Positions 1 through 13,050 of a stretch of 64,000 nt of DNA are shown piece by piece; within the stretch, counting starts at the first letter, position 1, and each line of letters starts with the position of its first letter. The position numbers and the translations under genes were made by a program. The notes under the pieces are model-generated. The model was not told the origin of the DNA and made no database searches. It worked only from the letters and a program-made list of their open reading frames with translations. The stretch comes from Chiloscyllium plagiosum (lineage: Eukaryota): NCBI RefSeq assembly GCF_004010195.1, contig NC_057713.1, positions 110,193,490 through 110,257,489 on the forward strand, in the 5' to 3' direction.

Positions 1-834
1 CCCGAAGTTTAATTAGCAGCTTGAAGAAAGACTCCATGCCTTCATTATGACTATCATTGTTACCACAAAAAAAAATTCTGATTTTATCCAATTTCACAAC
101 AAAAATAAATAGTTCTTTGATTTTAAGGGTGAATCACTTTTGTTTATATCTCATAATTTCCCTCAATAGCTTTGAGAGATCAGAAAGTGATTTCTTGATC
201 GGTCTGTAGAGTTTGGGAATAATGACATTAGGCATGTGATGGGTTTGGAAATAGTAAGGACAGCACATGCAGGAAGCAGAGTCAATAAATGTGGAACTGG
301 GGATGTTTTGTATCAAACAGAAGGCAGTAACATTACTTTGATGTTACAGTTAAATAGTTATGCCAAATTACTACATCTCAATCATGTCAGATTTTGACAG
401 TGCACTCTATTAATAATTATCTTTGTAGAATTAACAATCATGGCTTGTGATCACTTTTACAAACAGTACTCAACAATCAAATTGTGAAATTAGAATTAAT
501 GAATAAAACATCAGTTTTTTTAATTTTATGGCACATTTTAAAACCACAGACATATTTCTAGGGATGTGAATGTGGAACCAACTTTGAAATTTGGTGGTGT
601 AAGGAGGAAATCATCATAGTTTTGAGATTGTTCAGGTGTTTTTCTTTGACATCTGGAACTATTTCAGACACTGAGCTATCAGTTGTTGTTAGCTAATGTC
701 AGCCTTTAGTTAGTGTATAATGATAGGCTATGTCCAGTCATGGCTTAGAGGCTTGGTCAGTCTCCCAGTCAGGGTCAGGGTGAACTATATGCAGGAAATG
801 GGCCACAGTGCATCCTAGGTTCTAGTGCAATGGA

Positions 835-1020
835 CGCCACCCCCACCCTCCTCTAGCTTATCTCTCCATGCTTCAGGCTCTCTGCCTTTATTCCTGATGA
901 AGGGCTTTTGCCCGAAACGTTGATTTTGCCTGTCCTCGGATGCTGCCTGAATTGCTGTGCTCTTCCAGCACCACTGATCCAGAATCTGGTTTCCAGCATC
1001 TGCAGTCATTGTTTTTACCT
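835..1020 (+). mobile_element. Short Penelope-derived element with hammerhead-like core
   Basis: Contains CTGATGA-AGGGC-TTTT-GCCC-GAAACGTT followed by ...GATGCTGCCTGA...TTCCAGCA...CCAGCATCTGCAG. The same terminal sequence ends the GIY-YIG-bearing fragment at 9883-10603. Confidence 0.75.
894..921 (+). ncRNA. Minimal type I hammerhead ribozyme motif
   Basis: Core CTGATGA, an extra A, stem II GGGC/GCCC with a TTTT loop, GAAA, palindromic ACGT and then T. Stem I is weak in this copy. Confidence 0.6.
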
Positions 1021-3187
1021 TGGAGACAGAAGTATCCCAGCAGAGCCTACCTGGGTCAGACCTCCTTAGAAATACCCAATTATGTAGCCCCTCCCCCTGC
1101 GAGCTTCTGATTTTCTTTGATATCTCTCCATATCTCTCAAAAGTGGGACTGTTACTATGACACCCATTGTAGGAATATGCTGAAGCCATAGTCCTCAAAG
1201 TGGTACCTAACACCTTGCCACATCCAGCACAAGTCCATGCCGATTTCGCTAATTTTAAGCCTCCCCTCCAAACACCTATTACTTCCAACAATTAAAAAAA
1301 AAAGCCAATAAAAATAATAAATGACTAACCTGCAAGCTGGATGACCTTAAATGACTTTGGTTGGTGGGGTCCTTTTTGCTAGTCAATGCACAAGATCCAA
1401 AGTAGTACTGCTGGCATCAAGTCAACATTTACATACCAACAGATATCACCAACCAATAACTCTGTGTCCTCCTAAAGTACGCAAGTAATGCTTCCATAAA
1501 TGTTCTCACCAAAATGGCATATCACGTCGGTTGTGTCAGAATTAGCTGGAAGTCTGCTTCCTAGCCAATAGTCTAGCACTGTGCAAGATATTTTATTGTG
1601 AAAAAAATGAGCGTTAGTTTATTTACCAACTTCATAAATTCATGCCAGCCCATGATTTATCCTTTGTAAAGCTCTCACAATTTTGTGGAAATGATTTGGG
1701 ATTTTCTGGAATTATATTGAAATAACAACATTGTTACAGTTTGACCTAAATAATCTATTCTGATATTCATTCTGCAGAAGTGTAATTCTACTCGCACTTT
1801 CCCACCATGTACTCATATTTCTTTATTTCTTTTCTTTCAACCACCAATCTATTCTTCAATGTAACATGGTTTCCGCTTCAATCAATAGCTCTGGAACTGC
1901 TTTCTACAACTTCACATCTCACCATATATAAAAATATACTGCCTACTTTCTGTTCTTGCATTTTATTCATGTCCTCTATCTGACAAATTCCCGACTCTCT
2001 ACAGATTTTGGGGGATAATTATGTTCAATATGGAGTGGGCAAGAATAAATTATCTTGGAGACTGCCCCTTTCTGCCCCATTGAAATGTCTGGCTCATTTG
2101 TATTCATGCATAATAGGCAAAACCGTAATTGGATTGACATGTGCAAATGCTGTAATCCTATCATAGACAGAACCACCATTCTCACATGTCTGCCTCAGCA
2201 CCTTCCATATATCCATGGTGCCGGAATCAGTAGGATGTTGGAAGTAGATTAAATCAAAAAGACTGGGGTATTTGCTTCTGCAATACAAATGGCTGACAAT
2301 GACAATATTTTTCTTTGTTTGTTAGATCTTCCTACCAATATTGAAACTGAGCTACGCTGTACCACCGTTGTCTACTAATGCCATTGGATTTGTAATTGTA
2401 ATTGATTCCAGAAAATGGGATTGGTTCAGAGATACCTGGCAACAGCAGCTGCAAGTTTCATTCTGCTGGATTCAATGTCAGGTCTGGATACAGATAAATT
2501 AAACGGGAAAATCTTCATATGAAGAAACAACAAATGTTTATTTTACAAACACTGGCACTGTAGTGGATTTTACTATTCAGAATTACAGTAAAACAGCATT
2601 TGTTTAGGACATTCCATCCTCTGTGAATACAGAGGCACAGTCCTGAGACAACAGAAATTAACACAAACTAGGGATTGAAATATTGATGAAAGGCACATCT
2701 AACTTGATGCTCAGAAATTATACTAATGGCTAAATAATATCCCTCAAAGTAGACCCACAATGATTGAATAATATTCTTCACTTCAGTGCTAGATTCCATA
2801 TTAATAGTTGGCCATCATTTCTCAATCCAGTACATTGTCTGTTTTGCTAATGATGTAAGATAAACTATAGCATAAGTTATCTTATTATAGTAGCAAATGA
2901 TCAGTTGGAACTGAAGCCAGTCTATGATATTGACAGGCAAATACACCTTCAACATCTGACAGCAAATTATCCTTTTACAGCAAAAAAACGAAACTCAGAT
3001 ATAAACAGATCAAAACACGTCCAGTATTACTGATGATTCCTTTGATAAGCTGTCAACATTAGATAATACTTTAGTGGAAGCAGATCAAGTTTGCAAAGAA
3101 ATTACCAACATGTCAGTACAATTATATAGTTTCTCTTCTATTGGGAGAAGAACATTTAAGCTTATTGTGCACAAGTTTTTGCCTTAC

Positions 3188-3416
3188 CTTGCAGGTTTTG
3201 CAGTGGTAATGTCATAATGCCTCCAGCAGCAGCTGCTGCAACCAGACCCTGAATGTTGGTTAAATTGGCAGCTGGCAGCGTGAGGACGAGGCCCTGTTGG
3301 TTGCCAAGCTGACCAGCCATATTAAATGGTATGAGGATTGGCTGATTGAGGGCAGGATTGCTTGTTGGCATCACTCCTGCCACAGCTGAAGCTAGCTGTT
3401 GTGCTGTCAACAATGG
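3188..3416 (-). CDS. POU6F2: POU6F2 internal coding exon (229 nt)
   Basis: Translates to PLLTAQQLASAVAGVMPTSNPALNQPILIPFNMAGQLGNQQGLVLTLPAANLTNIQGLVAAAAAGGIMTLPLQNLQ, which I recognise as the vertebrate POU6F2 N-terminal region. Acceptor is ttcctttctgttctttacAG|CCA and donor is CAAG|GTAAGG. Phase 0 in, phase 1 out. Confidence 0.95.
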
Positions 3417-4492
3417 CTGTAAAGAACAGAAAGGAATAATTGAACAATCAGTATGAATGTTCCTTATGTTAAATAGTAGCTACAATTTGGGCACATTAGT
3501 GCTCACTGCCTATCAATATCATCTTATTAACTAGCTTCTAATATCACAATTATACAATTGATTTAATTTCTTCTCAAGTCAAGGCCAGTTGGTGCATAAT
3601 CCTCATGCATTTGCAACCTATCTAGATAAGTCCATGATCAAACAAGCAGGTGATAAGTAGCAAACTTTGCGATTTGTATTACATGCTGCAGTGTTACAAT
3701 TGCTAAGGTTATTATGGTTAACATTTTTAATTAAGTGTTCATTCTTTATTAATAAATTACAAATTAGGATTGTAATTGTCACAATTGTAAAACTCACAAT
3801 TTACTGAAAGTGATTAAGAAACTAATGTTGAGCAGTGTAGTTAATTATTCAGCTTATTACAGAATCAAGACAAGTGACTGCTGATTGTTCCCTTCACTGT
3901 CTTCACTCAATTATACCTCATCTGTTACATAATGCCAAATCTCACTGTACATTTGTTGGAATTGGACTTGCCATTTCTTAGCTTCTGTGAGGGCTCAATA
4001 ATGAGTGACCGCTAAAATGATCTGTTCAAACCGCGGGCAATGAACAGAATCTACCAGTTCTGCAAACCCCTCCAAATAACGGTAAGTAAGGCAGTCAGTG
4101 TAATTGCAGCAGATTATAACAAATTTTGATGTTAAAATGAACATTTGTGTTCATTTATAGGAATCTGAATGTGCACTTCTTGGAAGCTTGCAATAAGTTT
4201 TAAAGTCTTTTGCTATTTAATGGTCAGGGTTTAGTAACTAATAGGTTACAAATGCTGAGCCCATCCATTTTTTGGCATACTTATATTGACCTAAATAAAA
4301 CCACTTGTGTACTTCAGTGACAATTCAATGAGGAATGATATTGTCCAATACAAAATGTAGAAACAGCCTCACTTTGCTTCATGACATGACAACAAACATA
4401 TACCTGTACAAGGTAATTTCTGATGGGCACAGTGAATTGCATTGTATTTTGAGAGTTAACATTGGAATATGAGTGTATGGTGAATGTAATGA

Positions 4493-4920
4493 GGCTGAAA
4501 TTCCATGGGTGACTGCTTTCTGGGGTTGCACCCAATAGCATTGACCCTGCCAAGCCTGTCAGTGGAGCAACTCAAAGTGAGGTTGGAGGGGATGTATCTT
4601 GGGCAACAACCAACAGATGAGGATGCACAATGCATTTAAATGCCAATTAGGGTTGTTTGGGCCATTTCCAAGAAGCAATGAATCAGCTCATGAACCACAA
4701 GTAGCCCCATGGCCATTACCAGTTTTATGTTATCTTCAGAGATACAGATCTAATCTTCAGCTGGGGTAACCTTCCCACAGGATCCACTTGCACAGGTGCC
4801 TCTTCTCCTTTCACTTATGTGTCTTTGATTTCTTGTTGGCCTCACCATCTGACACAGATGCCCAAGTAAGTGACATATGGAACGTCTACACTTTATTAGT
4901 CCCGTGGCGGAAATTTCAGG
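4493..4920. mobile_element. Possible old non-autonomous DNA transposon (MITE-like)
   Basis: Imperfect inverted ends ggctgaaattcc ... ggaaatttcagg around a locally GC-richer interior. Confidence 0.25.
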
Positions 4921-6494
4921 AAATATTGGAAACCCTGGTGCAACCTAACTTACATGGGAAATTGTTAGAACCTTTGAAGAATACAAATCTCAATCTTCTA
5001 ATCATTGCAGAAGGTCGCTTCTGAGTAAAATAATAAAATGCTTCTACAGATTGATACCCGACATTGAACATGACAATAAAGCCCCTATCATTAGGTGTAA
5101 AATATAGGCTGTTTTTAGGCAATGATTGCTATGTGATCATGAATCTGTTAACACTGCAGAGTGAATTCTTTGAAATTCACAAAAACACACACTCTACCAA
5201 CCCACATGCTGGCGCACACTTAGAGTCAGACATGCATACTCATACACAAGCGTGTCCACACATTTTTCTGAAAACAGCAGTTTCTATAACTTCTTATTTC
5301 TGGTTATTTGAGAGATCATTGATACTTAATTTTATAAACTGAATGTGCAACGTAGCACCAATAGATGCATGATCTCTGAATGCATTTGTTACTAAATGGC
5401 TCCCATGCAGCAATAAAAATCTTCGCCTCCAGGTTTGGTGATAGATTAGTTTGATGGTGGTGTTTTATTCTATTATATGTGGCAGGTTCATTGTTTCATT
5501 GCTCATTGAAGTTCATTGTTTTTAGTTATATTGCTTTCTCTGCATTAAAAGTCCTTGGTTTCATCATAAGATGCTGCATGACCGTTTCTGATTCTGTAAG
5601 CTCAATCGAGAAAGCTTTATCCATACTCCAGGTTGTCCTCATGTGATTAAGAAGTCCAGGGGGGTAAAAAATGCATTTGAAGAGACCTAACTCTTCTTTA
5701 GTAACTCAGGTAGGGTATATAGCGCAATGATGCTCACAATCCATTGAGGAGAATGCTAAAAAACATAGTAAGCACAACTTGATTTTCACTGTGGTAGCTG
5801 GAAATGCTTGACTAAATACCATTATGTCGACTTCTAATTTTAATGTAAGAAAGTTAAATAACTGCAATGCCCTTAACTCATTCCCACTGTCACATTTAAA
5901 TTATCCATAAAACACACACTGATAGAGCATGACCATAAACAACAGAACATTTGCCTTTATGAATCTAAAGATAAGTATTAAGTATTTTAAGATAACTATC
6001 AAATAATAGTTAAGAATTATGATTCTTATTTTTAATTAGTGACAATGACACAGACCTGAAGCTGCAATTCGGAGTTACTTAAATGTATAGGGTTGAGCAT
6101 TCATTCTTTAGACAAAATTCTCTGCTTTTGCACTTTTTGACTGTACAATGGTTAACTAAGTAACATTTCCCACATCTATCACAACTCAATTTCCAGATGA
6201 AGAAATGTGTGCTACAGTAGTCATGTGGTCCAGAGTGTACAGCATTGCAGTGATCTGAAGAAACAACTATTAAAATGCACTAATCAGTAAAAATCAGGGC
6301 AATGCCTCAAAATCACTCAAACTGTGATATACCATGTTACAGTCCTATACCATACAAAGTCTTATGACCAGATCTAAAAATCATTTGCAGTGAAAGGTTA
6401 ACTCCATCAGAAACTGTCATGAAAACTGTAACATTCTGTTTCTGTGCTGCTGTGTGATTTCAAGAATCAGAAGATGATATATGCAAAATATATG

Positions 6495-6830
6495 CCAAAA
6501 AATCACAATGACTCCTTCAACAACAGCTTTCAAACCACTGACCTCTACCATCTAGAAGGACAAGGGCTACAAATGCATAAGAACACCACCACGATTAAGT
6601 TTCCCTCCAAGCTACATCCCATGCTAACTTGGAACTATAAAGCTTTTTTTTACTGTCACTGAGTCAAATTCCTGAAACTCCCTGCCTCGTGGTATTGCAG
6701 TGTCTCTAGATTCCAAGGACTGCAGCAGTTCAAGAAAGCACCTCACGACCATCTTCCTCAGAGCAGTTAGGGAGGGAATGAATGGTGGTCAAGCCAGTGA
6801 CTTGCATATCACAGGAGCAAATATTAAAAA
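6495..6830 (+). mobile_element. CR1/L2-group LINE 3' end
   Basis: The tail ...ctagaaggacaagggc...ggactgcagcagttcaagaaagcacctcacgaccatcttc... recurs at 11040-11840 and near 58105. Confidence 0.6.
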
Positions 6831-7049
6831 TAATTCTTAACATCTAATGCACAGGGATATCAAGCACTTTACCCACAATAATATCTGACAACCATCTTAA
6901 ATCTTCCAGCAAAATCAGCCTCAAATGGATTGCTTTCTCCACTCCTCGCCAAACACAACTTGAGTCCATTTTCTCCTTTTTGGAAGTGAGTAATGGAAAC
7001 TTGGCCAGGCTCTGGTGCAAGACCAAGAAGTGGAAGAAGAGGAGAATGA

Positions 7050-9345
7050 TGATTAAGAAACACTGACACTTAATTTCACATTTAAGCCAGTTCTCAGTTA
7101 CTGGTACTTTGTATATTTTAGAGGGTACCACAGAGTTGAGATTTTTAAATGATGAAAAACATACAAAATATGTTTGAGCAAAACTAGAGGCTACAGGGCA
7201 GCTTATAAGAGCAACCTAAAAGAGATTACATAAGGAAACTTGCCAGGGACATCAAAATTAATAAGAAGAAATTTTATAGTTACAAAAAAGGGAAATTGGG
7301 TGGTCAGAAGCAATGTTGGCCCATTAAAGACTGAAGATGTGGATATTGTTAATGCGTAGTGGGAAATGACAGACACATTGAACATTACTTTGCTTCAGTA
7401 TCTACAGTAGAAAAGAGAAAGCATTCCGGAAATCCCCAGAAAATTAAAAGCAGGATCTGAATAATACTAGTGTAGATAAAACATCAGTAGTGAGGAAATT
7501 AATGGAATTAAAGAGTGAAATCCCTGGCACCTGATGGCTTCCATCAGAGGGTGTCAAAGGAAGTACGGAGAATACATAGTAGATGCGCTATTATCTTTCA
7601 GAATTCCCTAGATACAGGAATCCTCCCTCTGAATTGGAAAATCGCGCATGTCCCTCTGCTTTTGAAGAAGGGCCAAAGAGGAAAACTGGAGAATTCCAGA
7701 CCAGTTAGCCTAACATCTATGGTGGGGAAGTTGTTGGAGCCTCTAATCAAGGAAACGGTAACTGAATACCTTGGAAATGACTGGCAAACCTTATTTAACT
7801 TTTTGAAGAGGTGACTGAAGTATTGAAATGGGGAATGTCTATGGATATTGTTTATATGGACTCCCAGAAGACATTTGTTAAAGTCCCATATGGTTGGCAA
7901 GGTGGTTAGCATTGCTGCCTTACAGTGCCAGGGACCTGGGCTCGATTCCACCCTCGGGCGACTGCCTATTTGGAGTTTGCACATTCTCTCCATGTCTGCC
8001 TGTGTTTCTTCTGGGTGCACCGGCTTCCTCCTTCAGTCCAAAGATGTGCAGGTGGATTGGCCATGTTAAACTGCCCACAGTGCCCATGGATGTGCAGGCT
8101 AGGTGGATTAGCCATGGTAAATGTAGGGTTATAGGGTGGTAGAGAGGGTCTGGTTGAGATGCTTTTTGGAGGGTCAGTGTGGAGTCGATGGGCCGAACAG
8201 CCTGTTTCCACACTGTGAGATTCTTTGATTCAATGATAAAGACTGTTAGTTAAGATAGAAGCCCAGGGAATTGAAAGCAAATTACTTACATGGCTGGGAA
8301 ACTGGTTCAGTGGTAGACAACAGAAAGTCGAGATAATACATTTTCTCAAATTGGCAGGATGTGACCTGTGGTGATCCACACAGATCTGTGTTAGGGCCTC
8401 AGTTAATCAAATTATTTATTAATGACTTGGATAATGGCATAAAAAGTCACTTATCCAAATTTACTGATAACACAAAGTTGAGCAGCATTATAGACAGTAT
8501 AGATGGTAACATAAAATTGCAAATGGATATCGATAGACAAAGTGAATGTGGCAGATAGGGTTTAATGTAAGGTGTGAGGTTACCAAGTTTGGACTGTAAA
8601 AGGATAGATCGGAGTACTTTCTAGATGGCTTGAAATTGAATACAGAGGAAGTCTAGAGACTTGGGGGTTCAGGTGTATATAACTTTAAATTATCACGAAA
8701 GATGCAGGAAATAAACAGTAAAGCTAATGCAATGCTGGGCTTTATATCTAGAGGACTAAAGTACCAGGATGTAGAAATTATGCTGCAGCAATATAAAACC
8801 CTGTTTACATCCGGCTTGGAGTACTCTGAGCAGATCTGTCTATTAGACCTTACGAATGATGTATTGGTCTTGGAGGGAGTACAATGTAGGTTTATCAAAA
8901 TGATACCTAGACTTCAGAGCTTTAGTTATGAGGAAAGTCTACACAAATTAGGCCTGCTTTCTCTAGAATTTCGAAGGTTAACTAGTGATATGATTGAAAT
9001 CTTCCAGATATTACTAAAAAAAGACAGGGTAGATAAAGATAAACCATTTCCAATGGTTGTGGATTTCTAGAACTAGGGGGCAAAGATTTGCAAATTAGGG
9101 CTAAACCATTCAGGGGAAATATTAGGAGGCACTTCTACACACAAATGGTGGTATATGTTTATACCTTCCATGAATGGCCGCAGATGTAGGATCAGTTGTC
9201 AATTTTAAATGAGAGAGATAAAGTTTTGTTAACTAAAATTATTAGGGGATGTGGAATAATAGCAGGTATATGGAATTAGGCCACAGATCTTAGTGAACAG
9301 TGCAACAGGCTCAAGGGGCTGAATGGCCTACTCCAGTTCCTAGAC
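7050..9345 (+). mobile_element. Degenerate CR1-type LINE (ORF2 RT region and 3' UTR), interrupted by an HE1 SINE
   Basis: Frameshifted RT peptides: PDGFHQRV, WKIAHVPLLLKKG, RPVSLTSMVGKLLE, SVLGPQL..LFINDLD, KFTDNTKL, KANAMLGFISRG. Confidence 0.9.
7892..8232 (+). mobile_element. HE1-type tRNA-derived SINE
   Basis: tRNA-like head (gtggttagcattgctgcc...ctcgattcc), V-domain-like core (tggagtttgcacattctc) and HER1-like tail (gggccgaacagcctgtttccacactgt). Confidence 0.9.
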
Positions 9346-10755
9346 CATTTGAGCCTTGAATCTGGGTTGGCGTTCAGTAAGAGGGTGACTGATCTGTTTG
9401 TGTTTTAGATACCACATTCCCATCAATCCCACTCACCCTCAATTCCCCAGCCTAACAAGAAACCATCCACCTCAATTAAGTAAACATCTCCTGAACCACC
9501 TCCAATGTATTTCCATCCTTCCTTAAATAACTGCACACAATATAGGAGATATGGTCTCACCAAAGCTCTGTGTGACTGAATCATAACAGTCTTACTTTTA
9601 GTTTCAATTTCTCACATAATGAAGGTAGCATCTCATGCACCTTTTTGACTGTATGCTGTACCTGCATACTAACTTTATGTGACTCATGCACCAGACACCG
9701 AAAACTCTCTGCACTTCAGAATTCTGCAGTCATTCTCTGTTTAAATGATACTCTGCTTTTTTATTCATCTTGCCAAAGGGAATACCTTCACATGTTCTCA
9801 CATTTTCCTCCATCTGCCAGATTTTTGCCCATTTATCCAACTTATCTATATTGTCTGCAACTTCCTTCACAAACATACTTCCACACCTGGCACCTTCCCT
9901 TGCTGCCACAAGTGGTGTAAAACCTGCACCCCCACCTCTCCCCTCACCTCTGCCCAAGGTCTCAAAGGACCCTCCCATCCTGCACATCCAAATACCTCAA
10001 CTGCAGTGTCCGTTGCTCTCGAACTGGTCTCCTCTACATCGGGGAGACAGGATACCAACTCAAGGAATCTTTCAGGGAATACCTCTGGGACACATGCACC
10101 AACCAACCTCATCGCCCTGTGACCAACCACTTCAACTGCCCCTCCCACTCCACCAAGGACATGCAAGTCCTGGGCCTCCTCCACTGCTGAATCCAAGCCA
10201 CCTGACGCCTGGAGGATGAACACCTCATCATCCACCTTGGGACCCTCAAACCACACAGCATCAATGTCAATTTCACCAGTTTCCTCGTCTCACCTCCCGC
10301 CAGATCAAACCCTCCAACTCAGCATCACCTTCTTGAACTGCCCCACCTGTCCATCTTCCTTTCCACATATCCACTCCACCCTCCACCATCACCCTCCCCA
10401 CATGCATTTACCTATCATCTTCCCCCAGCCCCACACCCACCCTCCTATTTGTCTCTCAGCCCCCTAGCCCCCAACATTCCTGATGAAGGGCTTATGCTCT
10501 AAACATTGATTCTCCTGCTCCTCAGATGCTGCCTGATCTGCTGTGCTTTCCAGGACCTCACTTTTCAAATCTGATCTCCAGCATCTGCAGTGCTCACTTT
10601 CTCCATACTTCCCAGTTATCTTGGTATACGTTATGAGTTTAGCTACCAACAATTTACTCCCTCCACCTAAGTCACTGGCGTAAATGTTTAAACATTGAGA
10701 CCCCAGCACAGATCGGTGTGGAACACCACTCATCACCATTCTGCCAAACAGCAAA
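9345..10755 (-). mobile_element. CR1-type LINE 3' portion, split by a Penelope-like insertion
   Basis: Minus-strand peptides SGVPHRSVLG and DIDKLDKWAKIWQM-like. The sequence resumes after the insertion at 9883-10603. Confidence 0.8.
9883..10603 (+). mobile_element. 5'-truncated Penelope-like retroelement (GIY-YIG endonuclease end plus terminal repeat)
   Basis: Peptides C..CKTC and CSVRCSRTGLLYIGETG (YIG motif). Degenerate hammerhead core at 10480-10507. A 9-bp direct repeat catacttcc lies at 9874-9882 and 10604-10612. Confidence 0.85.
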
Positions 10756-10764
10756 AGACCCATT

Positions 10765-11040
10765 TATGCAAGGGAAAACCTTTTATAACTAAGATGTGGA
10801 GGAATTTCTTCGGCCAGAGGGTGGTGAATCTGTGCAACTCATTGCTGCAGAAGCCTGCAGAGATCAAGTTACTAAGTATTTAAGACAGAGATATATTGAT
10901 TCTGGGTTACTAAGGGAATCAAAGGTCATGGGAAGAACACAGTGGAATGGATTTGAGAAACATATCAGGCATAAACAAATGGCAGAGTAGTCTTCATAAA
11001 CCAAATGGCATAAATTCTGCTCCTATATCTTATGGTCTTA
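10765..11040 (+). mobile_element. CR1-type LINE 3' end
   Basis: RNFFGQRVVNL peptide and a tail ending ...tgctcctatatcttatggtctt. Confidence 0.8.
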
Positions 11041-11044
11041 GGTC

Positions 11045-11840
11045 CATCTATCTTCAGCTGTTTCATAAATTACCTTCTCTCCATCGTAAGGACAGACGTG
11101 GAGATGTTCACTAATGATTTCGCAATGTTCAGCACCATTTACCACTCTTCAGATACTAAAGTAGTCCATGTCTATTTGTAGTAAGATCTGACAACATGCA
11201 GGTTTGAGCTGATAAGTAGCAAGTAACATTTGCGCTACACAACTGGCAGGCTTTGACCATCTCAAACAAGAGAGAATCTAAGTATTGCCCCTTGATGTTC
11301 AATGGCATTACCATTGCTGAAATCATCCACAATTCATATCTGAGGAGTTACAATGGACCAGAAACTGAACTAGACCAGCCATATAGGAATAGCCATGTAG
11401 ACTAGGAATTCTGCAGTGAGGTACTCACTTCCTGTCTCCCCAATGTCTATCCAGCATTTGTAAGGCAGAAGTCAGATGTTTGATGAAATACTCTCTATCT
11501 CCTAGATGTACAATAACATGTAAGATTTTTGGCACCATCCAGAACAAAGCAACCTACTTGGCTAGCATCCCACCCCCTATCTCCAACATCCACTCCTTCC
11601 ATGACTGATGCACATTGGCAGCAGTGGGCACCATCCACAAGATCATCTTGAAACTGTATTGTCACTGGATCAAACTCCCTGTAATCATTTTCTAACAGTA
11701 TGAGACAGTATGTACATACACTCCAGGTACTGAAATGTTTCAAGGGGACAGCTCATCATGATTTTCCAAGGGAAATTAGGAATGGGCAATAAATAGTGGT
11801 CTCATCAGCAGAGCCCATAGTCCATGAATGGATATTAAAA
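11045..11840 (+). mobile_element. CR1/L2-group LINE 3' fragment (second family)
   Basis: Degenerate MFADD-like region and the same tail as 6495-6830. Confidence 0.65.
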
Positions 11841-12249
11841 GAAAATGCACCTGTAGTCTAGGTACATTTACTTGAAACATTCACAGAGACGTACCTTGAT
11901 CATCTATGACTCATGAGGAAGGGTGAATGACTAGTGTCATCAAGACATCCATAGAAATTCCAAAATAGGAGCCTTTCTGTCTACGAATGTGAAAATACCA
12001 TTATATTTCTGTACTATCAAGATCTATATGAGCCTTCAATTGCATTTGCCGGACTGATTAGTCTTTCATGCAGCAATCTCAAATCACCCATACCTTTAGG
12101 AAATAAACCTCCAAGACAGAAAAACAACCCCAGCAGTGCCTGTTTTATCTGGATGAGTAGGATTTAAGAGGAAAGTGAATGGAGAATAAAGAAATCACCA
12201 ATTTTATTGTAAGACCAATGAGTACATAATTGTATGAAACCAGTATCAT

Positions 12250-12350
12250 GGGTTCTTCTGGTGCAGTGATGTTGTCCCTACCTTTGAGCTGGGAGGCCTA
12301 GGTTCAAGTCCCACCTGCTCCAGAGGTATGTCGAAACACATCTGCACAGG
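12250..12350 (+). mobile_element. Short tRNA-derived SINE, split by a LINE insertion
   Basis: Box A/B-like tggtgcagtg ... ggttcaagtccc. It continues at about 13052 (gattataaatatct). A sister copy lies at 50350-50470. Confidence 0.55.
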
Positions 12351-12351
12351 T

Positions 12352-13050
12352 TATAGAGTCATAGGGTCAGAGAGTTGTACAGCACGGAAACAGACCCTTT
12401 GGTCCAATTTGTCCATGCCAACCAGATATCCCAATCTAGTCCCACCCATCAGCACCCGGCCTATATCCCTCCAAACCCTTCCTATTCATATACCCATCCA
12501 GATGCCTTTTAAATATTGCAATTGTACCAGCTTCCACCACTTCCTCTGGCAGCTCATTCCATACACTCACCACCCTCTGCATGAAAAAGTTGCCCCTTAG
12601 GTCTTTTTTATATCTTTCCCCTCTCACCCTAAACCTATGCCCTCTAGTTCTGGACTCCCACACCCCAGGGAAAATAACTTGTCTATTTACCCTATCCTTG
12701 CCCCTCATAATTTTATAAACCTCTGTAAGGACACCCCTCAGCCTCCGACGCTCCAGGGAAAACAGCCCAACAGCTCTAGCCTATTCAACCTCTCCCTACT
12801 TCCAACCCTGGCAACATCCTTGAAAATCTTTTCTGAACCCTTTCAAGTTTCACATCATCCTTCCGATAGGAAGGGACCAGAATTGCAAGCAATATTCCAA
12901 CAGTGGCCTAACCAATGTCCTGTACAGCTGCAACATGACCTCCCAACTCCTGTACTCAATGCTCTGACCAATAAAGGAAAGCATACCAAATGCCTTCTTC
13001 ACTATCCTATCTACCTGCGACTCCACTTTCAAGGAGCTATGAACCTGCAC
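12352..13050 (-). mobile_element. Young HER1/CR1 LINE 3' fragment
   Basis: KAFGMLSFIGQSIEYRSWEVMLQLYRTLVRPLLEYC and LRGNFFMQRVVSVWNELPEEVV peptides. Very similar to 19188-19913 and 47405-47597. Confidence 0.92.

Noticed and set aside
815-1291. 158-aa minus-strand ORF
   Set aside because: It runs antisense through a Penelope-derived repeat (the FGQKPFIR peptide recurs at other copies) and has no recognisable protein features.
3162-3413. ORF-track start (MLTAQ) and end (GKAKTCAQ) taken as a complete small gene
   Set aside because: Splice signals bound the real exon at 3188-3416; the extra residues are intron read-through and the start is a TTG.
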